Shown here: one piece after another, positions 38,636 to 47,908 of the stretch
How the letters are laid out: every line of letters starts with the position of its first letter
How positions within the stretch are numbered: the first letter of the stretch is position 1
Made by a program: the position numbers and the translations under genes
NCBI GenBank assembly: GCA_038064455.1
Contig: JBBTTB010000004.1
Span: forward strand, 2,893-66,587
DNA: 63,695 bases
Reading direction: 5' to 3'
Source: Patescibacteria group bacterium
GTDB taxonomy: Bacteria; Patescibacteriota; Minisyncoccia; 2-02-FULL-40-12; GWA2-44-9
The notes under the pieces: generated by a model
The model's database searches: none
The model's input: only the letters and a program-made list of their open reading frames with translations
Told to the model about the DNA's origin: nothing

Positions 38636-41600
38636 AACAGGAGAACGGATTTGATGTCTCGATTATTATTCCTGCTCTCAATGAGGAGCTGACTATTGCG
38701 TCATCGGTTCAAAAAATATCCAGGTATCTTCAGTCGCGGAACATGTCGTACGAGATTCTCATCGTAGATGACGGCTCAACAGATGCAACGGTTGCTCGGG
38801 TTGAAAGACTACACGATGCTCATATTCGTCTCTTGCGGCATGAAAAGAATCTTGGGAAGGGGGCCGCGGTAAAGAGCGGTATGCTCGCGGCACGTGGGGC
38901 TGCGCGTGTATTTATTGACGCCGATCTACAAATTCACATAGAAAATCTCGATCGATTTTGGGAGCCGTTGCATAAGGGTGCTGATGTTATTATCGCGTCA
39001 TCGCCTGACGCACCAAGCGGAGCTCGTTTTTGGGCGCGGGGTATATTGGGGTTTCTCGCAAAGAAGCTCATTCGTTTTGTCATGGGTTGGGACATCCCAG
39101 ATACGCAGCGTGGCTTAAAGATGTTCCGCGATGTGGCGGCGGTAGACATATTCAGCAGTATAAAGGTTTGTGGATGGGGTTTTGATATTGAGGTGTTGGC
39201 AATCGCTATGGCTCGAAAATATAAGATTGAACAGATCCCAGTTTCTTATGATAGGCCAATAGTGACAAGAGTGTCGATGTGGTCGTATCTCCGTTCTTTA
39301 TGGGAGCTGGTGGTTATACGTACACGACTTTTATTCGGTGTATATAAAGGTGGCGGTGTTCGTAGTCCGAGATTTTTTATTCTATTCATACTTTCTTCTA
39401 TTGTTTTTTTAGTGATCTTGTTTTTAAAATTTATCTTTTTTGACGGTGATGTAATTGGATTGTTTTACCCCAATTACACGAGCACTCACCATCTATGGAA
39501 TTCTGGAATTTTATCCGGATTTCCTACCCCGGCGTCGTTTCAATGGGGGCTCTTTCACCCAATCTATCGCATATTTTCCGGAAGCTATAACGCACTCATA
39601 GCATTTTTTGTTTTCCTTGCAGGATATTTGAGCTACGTATTTGCTCGGCAATTGTTCTCGAGCCGACTCGTAAGCGTGTTTGCCGCAACTACCTTTATCC
39701 TAGGCCAATTCACCATGCATTGGCTCGGAAATATCGCCGTTGTTTCCGCGATATACGTGTTGCCCGCATCGTTGCTGCTGGTCAGCAGTATGGTGAGGGG
39801 GTCGTGGGGGTTGGCGCTGTTTTATTCAGCACTTATTGGACTTTCGTTCTTGGGTTCGCATCAACAATTTGTGATTATGGCGCTCGTGGTGGCGGCACTC
39901 TATTGGGTGTGGCTTGAATATGTGGCGCGCAAGGCGGGAAAGAGTCTAGGGGGCATTATCTGGGATGGTGGGCGTGGGCTTGGTGCGCTTGCAGTGGCGT
40001 TTATTATCGGACTGCCACAGTTTATATATGTGGCGGTGTTCACTCCGCTTTCAACCAGGATTGGTGGCCTTACGCTTGCGCAAGCGAGTGTTGATGCGGC
40101 AACGCCATTGGATTTGATAAAGTTTATATTCCCATATTTTTCATTTCGATACGGTGTTTCTGGTGAGTTCTTGCCGTATATTGGCATCTTTGGTCTCGCA
40201 TTCGCATTCATTGCTATAGTGAAGACATACAAGAACGAATCTCATGTTAGGTTCTTTACCCTGTTGAGCGTGGGCGCGATTCTGACCTCATTTCAATTCT
40301 CTCCGATATTTTGGGTACTCCACAAGCTTCCTGTGTTGGAGTATTTTCGTGGGCCAGCCCGATGGACGTTTGCCCTTAATTTTTCGATGGCAATTCTGGC
40401 TGGCTATGGGATGAAATGGACAGCAGAACACTGGGAGAGTGTGAGGATGAGCATCCAGCTATATTCAAGGCGTGCATTGCTCGGCGTACTTGGCGTTGCT
40501 TCAGTAATGACTCTGATATTTGCGATGGCGGGCGAGAGTATCATCCGATACGTTCAGCATCAATTCACAGAGAAGATGTATCAGAGCACAACAGGGCTTC
40601 CTCTTGAGTACTACCACACACTCATTGAACGAATTGTGAAAAGCTCTTTTGATAATTTTTCGCTTGGAGATGCAAGCTTCCTTATTGCCCTAGTTTCCAT
40701 TGTTGCGGTTTACGTTGTGGCTCGATATACAAGAGGTGGGAGGACGTTTACGGTAGCATCTGTGACTTCTTCATGTGTGTTACTTGGCATATCAGGAATG
40801 ATAGGCCATACGTTTGCGCGATCTGACGCGCTCTTCTCGTCACCTCCAATCGCGGGCTCTATTCTTTCGAGGAGCGATGACCCGATGAGCTTTCGCACAT
40901 TCAGTTTTCTCTATGGTTCCGCGGGATCGCAGCGTATATCGGCGACTCATGAGGGCGCATCCAGAGACGCGATGATGTATGGCATTGATTCGCTTATGCC
41001 GAACACAGGCCTCTTGCGAGGTATTGCGACCATAGACGGTTACGAACCAATGGCACCACGAAGAGGGCAGCGAGTCCTTGCGTTTGTGGGAAGTGAGGTG
41101 AGCCAGCGGTTCGCGTCGCTCGCACATGAGGCCGTCCCACTACCCGAAAAGCTCTTTGTCTTCTCCTCCCGCCTCCCCCTCCTCTCCATGCTGAACGTGA
41201 AGTACCTCATCTCCGCCTACGAGCTCCCCCCAACCCCCGGTCTTCAATTGTCCGAGGAAGTATCATCTACCCGCTTTAATATCCCTATCTATCTCTACGA
41301 GAACAAGCAGGTTATGCCTCGCATCTATTTCGCACGAGGCGTCACGTACGTATCTGAAACTGATGAAGAGAAGAATTTCAAAACAATCATTGAGTCAAAC
41401 ACAAATTTCGCACATACCACATTCATCGAATGCGCAGATTGTGAAACAATGAAAAACCAACCCACCCCTTCTGATACTCTAACCATCGAAGCATATCGTG
41501 ACGGATATCTCCGCCTCACCACAAAAACAGCTCGTGATCGCTGGCTCGTCTTTTCTGAATCGAATCTTCCCGGATGGCGCATCACCATTGATGGCGCCCC

Positions 41601-41721
41601 TGCGCAATCCTACATGGCAAACTATCTTTTTCACGGACTTCCTATCCCAGCGGGTGAGCATACGGTGCTGTTTGAGTATGAGGGGGTGCTGACGTGGGGA
41701 TATGTAAAGTCACTATTTTAG
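38632..41721 (+). CDS. Fusion of a dolichyl/polyprenyl-phosphate glycosyltransferase (GT2, ALG5-like) and a YfhO-like GT-C
   Basis: N-terminus PALNEE, DDGSTD, NLGKG, FIDADL, DTQRGLK, WGFDIE; then a YfhO-like body with FRGPARW, IDGYEP, PGW, ANYLFHG; no stop at the junction. Confidence 0.8.
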   Translation: MKQENGFDVSIIIPALNEELTIASSVQKISRYLQSRNMSYEILIVDDGSTDATVARVERLHDAHIRLLRHEKNLGKGAAVKSGMLAARGAARVFIDADLQIHIENLDRFWEPLHKGADVIIASSPDAPSGARFWARGILGFLAKKLIRFVMGWDIPDTQRGLKMFRDVAAVDIFSSIKVCGWGFDIEVLAIAMARKYKIEQIPVSYDRPIVTRVSMWSYLRSLWELVVIRTRLLFGVYKGGGVRSPRFFILFILSSIVFLVILFLKFIFFDGDVIGLFYPNYTSTHHLWNSGILSGFPTPASFQWGLFHPIYRIFSGSYNALIAFFVFLAGYLSYVFARQLFSSRLVSVFAATTFILGQFTMHWLGNIAVVSAIYVLPASLLLVSSMVRGSWGLALFYSALIGLSFLGSHQQFVIMALVVAALYWVWLEYVARKAGKSLGGIIWDGGRGLGALAVAFIIGLPQFIYVAVFTPLSTRIGGLTLAQASVDAATPLDLIKFIFPYFSFRYGVSGEFLPYIGIFGLAFAFIAIVKTYKNESHVRFFTLLSVGAILTSFQFSPIFWVLHKLPVLEYFRGPARWTFALNFSMAILAGYGMKWTAEHWESVRMSIQLYSRRALLGVLGVASVMTLIFAMAGESIIRYVQHQFTEKMYQSTTGLPLEYYHTLIERIVKSSFDNFSLGDASFLIALVSIVAVYVVARYTRGGRTFTVASVTSSCVLLGISGMIGHTFARSDALFSSPPIAGSILSRSDDPMSFRTFSFLYGSAGSQRISATHEGASRDAMMYGIDSLMPNTGLLRGIATIDGYEPMAPRRGQRVLAFVGSEVSQRFASLAHEAVPLPEKLFVFSSRLPLLSMLNVKYLISAYELPPTPGLQLSEEVSSTRFNIPIYLYENKQVMPRIYFARGVTYVSETDEEKNFKTIIESNTNFAHTTFIECADCETMKNQPTPSDTLTIEAYRDGYLRLTTKTARDRWLVFSESNLPGWRITIDGAPAQSYMANYLFHGLPIPAGEHTVLFEYEGVLTWGYVKSLF

Positions 41722-41756
41722 TTTATTTTCCTGTTATTCCGTGCTAGCATGCGCGC

Positions 41757-43088
41757 ATGTCGATTGCGCAGATTCGAGAGAAAATCGAGTATTTTCGCAC
41801 CCATACATTCGTCCGAAATACCGCCATTCTTCAGGCGGGGAATATGTTTGGAAACGTATTCCAAGCATTCGCCGGCATTATCATGGCCCGGATCCTCCAG
41901 CCTGAAGCGTTCGGCGTGTACGCTCTTTCTTTCAGTCTAGCAGGCTTCATCTCCATATTTCTTGGTGTGGGAGCGCAGGATGCGGTCACCACTATTCTCG
42001 GTGGAGCGTATGCTCGGAACGATGCTCGGGAGATTCGTAACGCACTCGCATTTCTTGCAAAGATTACCGTTATCATGAGCTTTGTAACGCTGGTGGGCGC
42101 GGCACTTGCCCCTCTTGTCGCCTACAAGCTCTACGGTACTACGGCCATTGGTTGGTTTGCGGCAGTTGTCATCTGTGCGTCTATCATTTCGACGACAGCC
42201 TATTCGTTCTCTACCATTGGCTCACAGGTCGTTGGACGCATTCGCCAGATGACTATTTTGGGGTTGAGCGACCAAATGCTTCGCACGACCCTTGCCTTAT
42301 CGCTAGTGATCGCTGGACTTGGCGTCGGCGGCATTGTGACGGGGCACTTCATCGGTGCAAGTCTTTTGAGCGTAGCATCGGTTTTTGTGTGGAAGCGACT
42401 TCAGCGCGATTTCCCGATTCTTCCCAGGATTCGCGATCTACTTGCACATATGCGGGAGGTATCTATTAGGAAGTATCTTCGATACAGCTTTTGGATCGCC
42501 GTCGATAGAAACCTTTCAAACCTCTACAATATTCTCCCAATATTGCTTACGGGTATTTATGTGTCGGCGTCCGAAGTTACCTTTTTTAAGCTCGCATTCG
42601 CATATATTAATCTCGCACTCGGATTTCTTGGACCGATTGGCACCATGCTCAACGTTGAATTTCCAAAAATGAAAGTGCAGGGTGTAGAGCGGTTATCTCG
42701 CAACTTCACTCGGGTAACGCTCTATGCCATTGGTATTTCGACAGCGCTCACGCTTGGAGCGGCTCTCGTTGCCCCTATCGCATTTAATATATTCTACGGC
42801 CCAGAATTCTCTCAGAGTGTTCGATATGTGTATGCGCTTATTCCCTATGGTGCGCTCATGGGTCTTGGCGTAGGCCTAGGATCGATTCTACGCGCGATTA
42901 ATAAAGTACACATCTCCATCATGATGCACGTGTTCAATCTTGTGATTGGTGTTCCGCTTGGATTGCTGGCGATCAAGCACTTTGGTGCGTGGGGCACCAT
43001 AGGAATCGTAACGGCGTGGTATGTTATCGCTCACGCTACGATATTCTTGTATACGCGCCGCCATCTACGCACGGCATCAGCTGCATAA
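41757..43088 (+). CDS. Wzx/MOP-type oligosaccharide flippase
   Basis: About 12 TM segments; ARILQPEAFGVY; FYGPEF; TG-C-TAGCAT lies 6 nt before the ATG. Confidence 0.85.
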   Translation: MSIAQIREKIEYFRTHTFVRNTAILQAGNMFGNVFQAFAGIIMARILQPEAFGVYALSFSLAGFISIFLGVGAQDAVTTILGGAYARNDAREIRNALAFLAKITVIMSFVTLVGAALAPLVAYKLYGTTAIGWFAAVVICASIISTTAYSFSTIGSQVVGRIRQMTILGLSDQMLRTTLALSLVIAGLGVGGIVTGHFIGASLLSVASVFVWKRLQRDFPILPRIRDLLAHMREVSIRKYLRYSFWIAVDRNLSNLYNILPILLTGIYVSASEVTFFKLAFAYINLALGFLGPIGTMLNVEFPKMKVQGVERLSRNFTRVTLYAIGISTALTLGAALVAPIAFNIFYGPEFSQSVRYVYALIPYGALMGLGVGLGSILRAINKVHISIMMHVFNLVIGVPLGLLAIKHFGAWGTIGIVTAWYVIAHATIFLYTRRHLRTASAA

Positions 43089-43092
43089 CGCT

Positions 43093-43737
43093 ATGCACAT
43101 ATTCCAAATTGATCGCATGTTGCTTGATCAACATATTAAAGAGCACGCATCGCATATCGTGGGCGCGGTACTTGATGTTGGGGCTGGCTCGGTTGCGCGT
43201 TACCGACACTACTTTACATTTGATTCGTATATTCGGATGGATATTCAAAAAGAGGATGGCATCGATGTCGTCGGTTCGGCTGAACGTATTCCATTTCCCG
43301 ATACGTCATTCGATGGAATTGTGTGTACGCAGGTACTTGAGCACGTTGTGCATCCCGAGCAAGCAATGCGTGAAATGAGTAGAGTGCTCCGACCAGGCGG
43401 TACTATGCTACTCACTGTTCCGCAGGCATGCGAATTACACGAGGAGCCATATGATTTTTCTCGGTTCACAAAATATTGGATTGAGAGCATTGCGCGCGAG
43501 TGCGGTCTTACGGTTGCGCGAGTCGTTCCTCGTGGCGGGATGTTTTCTATGATGACGCAATTCTGTATCAGATATCTCATTGATCGAGGCGGGCTCTACC
43601 GACATAGAATGATTGGCGCCATCGCGAGTCGATGCTTTTCTGTCGTGGGGCGCTGCGCGATATTCTTAGATAGGATTGATACAAGTACCGCAAATAAAAA
43701 GCATACGATGGGCTGGCTTGCCATTCTCAAGAAATGA
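43093..43737 (+). CDS. Class I SAM-dependent methyltransferase
   Basis: VLDVGAG; CTQVLEH; LRPGG; EEPYDFSRFT. Confidence 0.88.
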   Translation: MHIFQIDRMLLDQHIKEHASHIVGAVLDVGAGSVARYRHYFTFDSYIRMDIQKEDGIDVVGSAERIPFPDTSFDGIVCTQVLEHVVHPEQAMREMSRVLRPGGTMLLTVPQACELHEEPYDFSRFTKYWIESIARECGLTVARVVPRGGMFSMMTQFCIRYLIDRGGLYRHRMIGAIASRCFSVVGRCAIFLDRIDTSTANKKHTMGWLAILKK

Positions 43738-44351
43738 AGAGCATCCACACAACGCGAGATGTATTAGCGCATGCACGCGCGTATATTTCTGGGCGCGTGC
43801 TTGATGCGGGTGGCGGCTCGGCGACAAAGTACAAATCTTTTATTCTTCAACACGCTACGTCGTACACATGCATCGATGCATCCACAGGTGGTGGCGTCGA
43901 TGTTGTGGGTGATGTTTTGCACATGCCATTCGAGGAGGGTGCATTTGATACAGTCATTTGTAATCAAGTATTTGAACACGTCCCACATCCCGAACAGCTT
44001 ATGAGTGAGATTTCGCGTGTATTACGGCCTGGCGGCCACGCGATTATTACTGCGCCATTCACTCAGCCCGTGCATGCGGATCCGGGAGACTTTTTCCGAT
44101 ATACTCCTGAAGGATTGAGTGCCATCGCTCAACGTCATCAATGCAACGTCGTAGAGAAGGGGCTGTATGGAGGCGTGTGGGCGCTCGCGTCTTCATATCT
44201 GAAGTTTCTCGTGTTTGATCCTTACCAAAAACAATCGCGTATACGGAGGGGGCTGATGCGACGAATCGAGGGCGCACTTCTTTGGCTGGATCAGTGGGCG
44301 CATCCCCGGAAAGTGTTTTCAGACAGCTTCATCATTATTAAAAAGAAATAA
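43734..44351 (+). CDS. Class I SAM-dependent methyltransferase
   Basis: VLDAGGG; CNQVFEH; LRPGG; DPGDFFRYT. Confidence 0.88.
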   Translation: MKSIHTTRDVLAHARAYISGRVLDAGGGSATKYKSFILQHATSYTCIDASTGGGVDVVGDVLHMPFEEGAFDTVICNQVFEHVPHPEQLMSEISRVLRPGGHAIITAPFTQPVHADPGDFFRYTPEGLSAIAQRHQCNVVEKGLYGGVWALASSYLKFLVFDPYQKQSRIRRGLMRRIEGALLWLDQWAHPRKVFSDSFIIIKKK

Positions 44352-45613
44352 TGAAGATTGTATATATTACCGATTCGTTTGCGCCTGAAAGTGTAGGCGG
44401 TGCAGGACAGGTTGTCCTTGATTTAGCTCGAGGTATGATGGATCAAGGGCATCAGGTCGCGGTAGTGACTACTACACAGTATGGCGAAAGGGCCGGCGAT
44501 GATACTTTTGAAGGCATCCAAGTTATTCGCATTTTTTCAAAACAAAAATCAGCATTCATGCGCTCCTATCTTTCTGCGGTGAACCCATATATCCGCGGTG
44601 CGCTTATTACAGCCTTAGAGAAGATACGTCCCGATATAGCTCATACGCACAATGTACATGAGCATTTTTCGTTTGCATCGCTTCGCTGGGTGCGATCGCT
44701 CGGAATTCCGGTGTACATTACATTACATGACACATTGAGCTTCTCGTATACTCGGTTGTACAGTTTTATTGATCGTGAAGACGTACACCAATCTCCTCCT
44801 TTTGATTATCGTATATCTACGATGCACACTATTCGTGAAGTTGGTAAAGCCTTCAATCCTTTTAGAAAACGAAGTATACAAAAATCCCTATCGTATGCCA
44901 CGATGATCTTTGCCGTATCACGCGCGCTCAAAGATGCTTTACAGCAGAATGGCATTACCGGTGTTTCGGTACTCTATAATGGGGTGAGAGAAGATGAATT
45001 TCAGGCAACACCAGAGGAGGTCGCCCGTATGCGCGCGGTATTGAGCACACATGATCGACAGGTTATTTTGTTTGGTGGCCGCGCGCTTCAAGACAAGGGC
45101 GCCGAGGTGCTTCTGGATGCTATGCCAATGGTGATGGCACAGTGTCCTCGTGCGCATATTGTTATGGCAATTGAGCGAGGGGCCTATCGGGAGAGATTAT
45201 TGCGCATCGCTACGCAGAAGGGTGTTGCGGGTGCCGTGTCATGCATTGATCTCGTACATGGACGAGAGCGGGCTGCGCTTTTTTCATCAGCAGACGTTGT
45301 AGTTGTTCCATCAATTTATTTCGACCCAGCTCCGCTGATGGTTCTACAAGCAATGGCGGCAGGAAGGCCGGTTATCGGCACCTGCTTTGGTGGATCATCT
45401 GAATTAATAGATGATGGGGTGACTGGCTTTGTATGCAACCCCTTTAACACATCGCTGATGGTCAATCGTCTTATAGAGCTACTATGCGACAAAGAGAGCG
45501 CCCGCACCATGGGGGCTGCGGGTCTTCAGCGTATGCGCGCGCACTTCTCTCACGCGGCGCAGATTGAACATACGCTCGCGATGTATTCATTAGCGTTGAT
45601 AAAAGAAGCGTAA
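44351..45613 (+). CDS. Glycosyltransferase family 4
   Basis: VGGAG; GRALQDKG; PLMVLQAMAAGRP. Confidence 0.88.
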   Translation: MKIVYITDSFAPESVGGAGQVVLDLARGMMDQGHQVAVVTTTQYGERAGDDTFEGIQVIRIFSKQKSAFMRSYLSAVNPYIRGALITALEKIRPDIAHTHNVHEHFSFASLRWVRSLGIPVYITLHDTLSFSYTRLYSFIDREDVHQSPPFDYRISTMHTIREVGKAFNPFRKRSIQKSLSYATMIFAVSRALKDALQQNGITGVSVLYNGVREDEFQATPEEVARMRAVLSTHDRQVILFGGRALQDKGAEVLLDAMPMVMAQCPRAHIVMAIERGAYRERLLRIATQKGVAGAVSCIDLVHGRERAALFSSADVVVVPSIYFDPAPLMVLQAMAAGRPVIGTCFGGSSELIDDGVTGFVCNPFNTSLMVNRLIELLCDKESARTMGAAGLQRMRAHFSHAAQIEHTLAMYSLALIKEA

Positions 45614-45634
45614 TATTCTAGGATATACTGCGGC

Positions 45635-47908
45635 ATGAAGACACCTCTTTTAGCAAAAATTTCTCGTGTACTTATCTATTTAACGGCATTGGTGCCGCTT
45701 ATTATTTTTGCACAATACATTTCCCCGTTTCATTTCGGAAAGGCGATCGTCTTTCGTTCGATTATAGAGCTTTTAGTGGTGGTATATGGCATGCTCGTGA
45801 TTACTGATCGCTCCTATGCACCGCGCATGCATGGACTTACGTGGGCGATACTCGCATTTACTGCAGCGTTTGGCATTGCAACCGCGACAAGTGTTGTGCC
45901 GTGGGCAAGCTTCTGGGGATCGCTTGAGCGTATGGGAGGGTTTTTCAGCTTCCTGCACTTTACTGCGTTTGTGCTGATTGTACCTGCGGTGCTTCGTGAG
46001 CGGGCTCATTGGACATTCTTTTTAAATCTTCTCATTGCTGGCGGCATGCTCTCGGCGCTTTACGGCTTTGGACAAAAACTTCCCATGTGCACGCCCGGTG
46101 CTTCTGGCATCTGTGCGCTTTCGTCGTGGTTTATCGGCGGCGGCGGGCGTGAGCGTATCTTTGGCACCATAGGAAACGCAGCTCTTTTTGCTGGGTATCA
46201 GATCTCTATGGTGTCTTTGGCGCTTGCGCTATTCGTACGCGGACAAGGAGCCGTGTGGGAGCGGCGCCTATATCAAGCCATGGTTGGGCTTGGTCTCCTT
46301 GCCATTACTATGACAGTGGTCCGTGGCTCGTTGCTTGGCGTTGGTGTCGCGACCCTCATGTTTACTGCAGGTATGTGGTGGAAGTTTCGCGAGACATGGT
46401 CGCGTAATATTCTCATCAGCGTTCTTAGTCTCGCGACGCTTCTCGGGTTTCTCATCTTTGTACCCGCGTTAAAAGACTCGTCGCTTGCGCAGGGTTCTCG
46501 TTTTATGAGGCGCCTGACCGATACGTCGTTTGATTCATACACTGCAAAAACGCGTTTTTGGGCGTGGGACGCCGGTATCCAGGGATGGCAAGAATCACCA
46601 AAGACTATCATGCTTGGGTGGGGTCCAGAAAATTTCAATATTCCCTTTGCACAACATTTCAACCCACAATTCTTCCGCGGGTATGGATCGGAAACTTTTT
46701 TTGATCGCGCACACAATATGTTTGTTGAGGTATTGGTCACCATGGGTCTTTTGGGGTTTGGAAGCTATATAGCATTATTCGCGACTCTCTTTTGGGCGCT
46801 GTATTACATTTCGCAACGCGATGATGCGTCGTGGCGCATGGCGTGGGCGCTGGGAAGTGGCACAGTGGCATACATGATTCATAGTGCATTCATCTTTGAT
46901 ACTACAGTGAATTGGCTCCTTTTCTTTATTATCTTCTCATTCGTTGCATGGGAACGTTTCGGATCGAGTCTCATTGTGCCGCGGCGGCTTTTTGCGGCTC
47001 ATTGGGCGGCTCCCACTGCCGGTGTCTTATTAAGTATTATCGCGTGTGCGCTTGTATGGACGACAGCAATTGTCCCCGCGAAAGCAAACCGTGCTATTAC
47101 GTGGGGGATCGTGTACGGATGGAATGATGATTTTCCTCGCGCAGTGAGCTCATTTAAAGAGGGTATTGGGTACGATACAATTGGGCTCTATGAGTACCGT
47201 CACCGCTTCGCTCAATTTCTCCTTGATAACGTGAGCCGCTTCTCGCCACTTGGCACACAATTTACCGACGCAATGCTTTATGCTGTTACCGAAGTAGAAA
47301 AAAATAAAATCAAAAATAAGCACGACTATCTGCCGCTCCTCTATCTTTCTCGCTTATATGTAACGCTCGGCAAAGATGATCCCGCTTCGCCATGGAATGA
47401 TAAAGCCATTGAGAACGCAACCGCAGCACTCGAACTTTCAGAAACATTTGTACGCACGTATTATGAGATTGGGCAGGCATATCTCAATAAGAATGATTAC
47501 GAGACAGGAGTCGCATGGTTTAAAAAGGCAGCGGAGCTGAATCCGGATGTTGCAGTCTCGTATTGGTACGTTGGCGCAGTTGAGTTAGAGCGTGGCAATA
47601 AGAATGTTGCACTGGAATATTTCGAAGAGGCGTTTAATCATGGCTACGTTGGCGCCGAACTTGATTATAACCGTGTTGTGCCGCTGTATAATGAATTTAA
47701 AAACTACGACCGTCTGGTGCAGATTTTTGAAGAGTTGGTAAAACTTCAACCCACTGATGCTCAATATCGTGTTTCTCTCTCTGCGGCCTATGCCAGCGCT
47801 GGGCGCATCGATGATGCACTACAAGCTGCGCGTGAGGCGGTGAAGCTCAACCCAGAGCTTATCGATGAGGCGCGCGCATTCGCACGAAGTCTTGGCCGAG
47901 AACTCTAG
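45635..47908 (+). CDS. O-antigen ligase/O-oligosaccharyltransferase family (Wzy_C) protein with C-terminal TPRs
   Basis: GTIGNA, VVRGS, TRFWAW, GWGPENF, DRAHN...VTMGLLG; several TPRs at the C-terminus. Confidence 0.85.
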   Translation: MKTPLLAKISRVLIYLTALVPLIIFAQYISPFHFGKAIVFRSIIELLVVVYGMLVITDRSYAPRMHGLTWAILAFTAAFGIATATSVVPWASFWGSLERMGGFFSFLHFTAFVLIVPAVLRERAHWTFFLNLLIAGGMLSALYGFGQKLPMCTPGASGICALSSWFIGGGGRERIFGTIGNAALFAGYQISMVSLALALFVRGQGAVWERRLYQAMVGLGLLAITMTVVRGSLLGVGVATLMFTAGMWWKFRETWSRNILISVLSLATLLGFLIFVPALKDSSLAQGSRFMRRLTDTSFDSYTAKTRFWAWDAGIQGWQESPKTIMLGWGPENFNIPFAQHFNPQFFRGYGSETFFDRAHNMFVEVLVTMGLLGFGSYIALFATLFWALYYISQRDDASWRMAWALGSGTVAYMIHSAFIFDTTVNWLLFFIIFSFVAWERFGSSLIVPRRLFAAHWAAPTAGVLLSIIACALVWTTAIVPAKANRAITWGIVYGWNDDFPRAVSSFKEGIGYDTIGLYEYRHRFAQFLLDNVSRFSPLGTQFTDAMLYAVTEVEKNKIKNKHDYLPLLYLSRLYVTLGKDDPASPWNDKAIENATAALELSETFVRTYYEIGQAYLNKNDYETGVAWFKKAAELNPDVAVSYWYVGAVELERGNKNVALEYFEEAFNHGYVGAELDYNRVVPLYNEFKNYDRLVQIFEELVKLQPTDAQYRVSLSAAYASAGRIDDALQAAREAVKLNPELIDEARAFARSLGREL

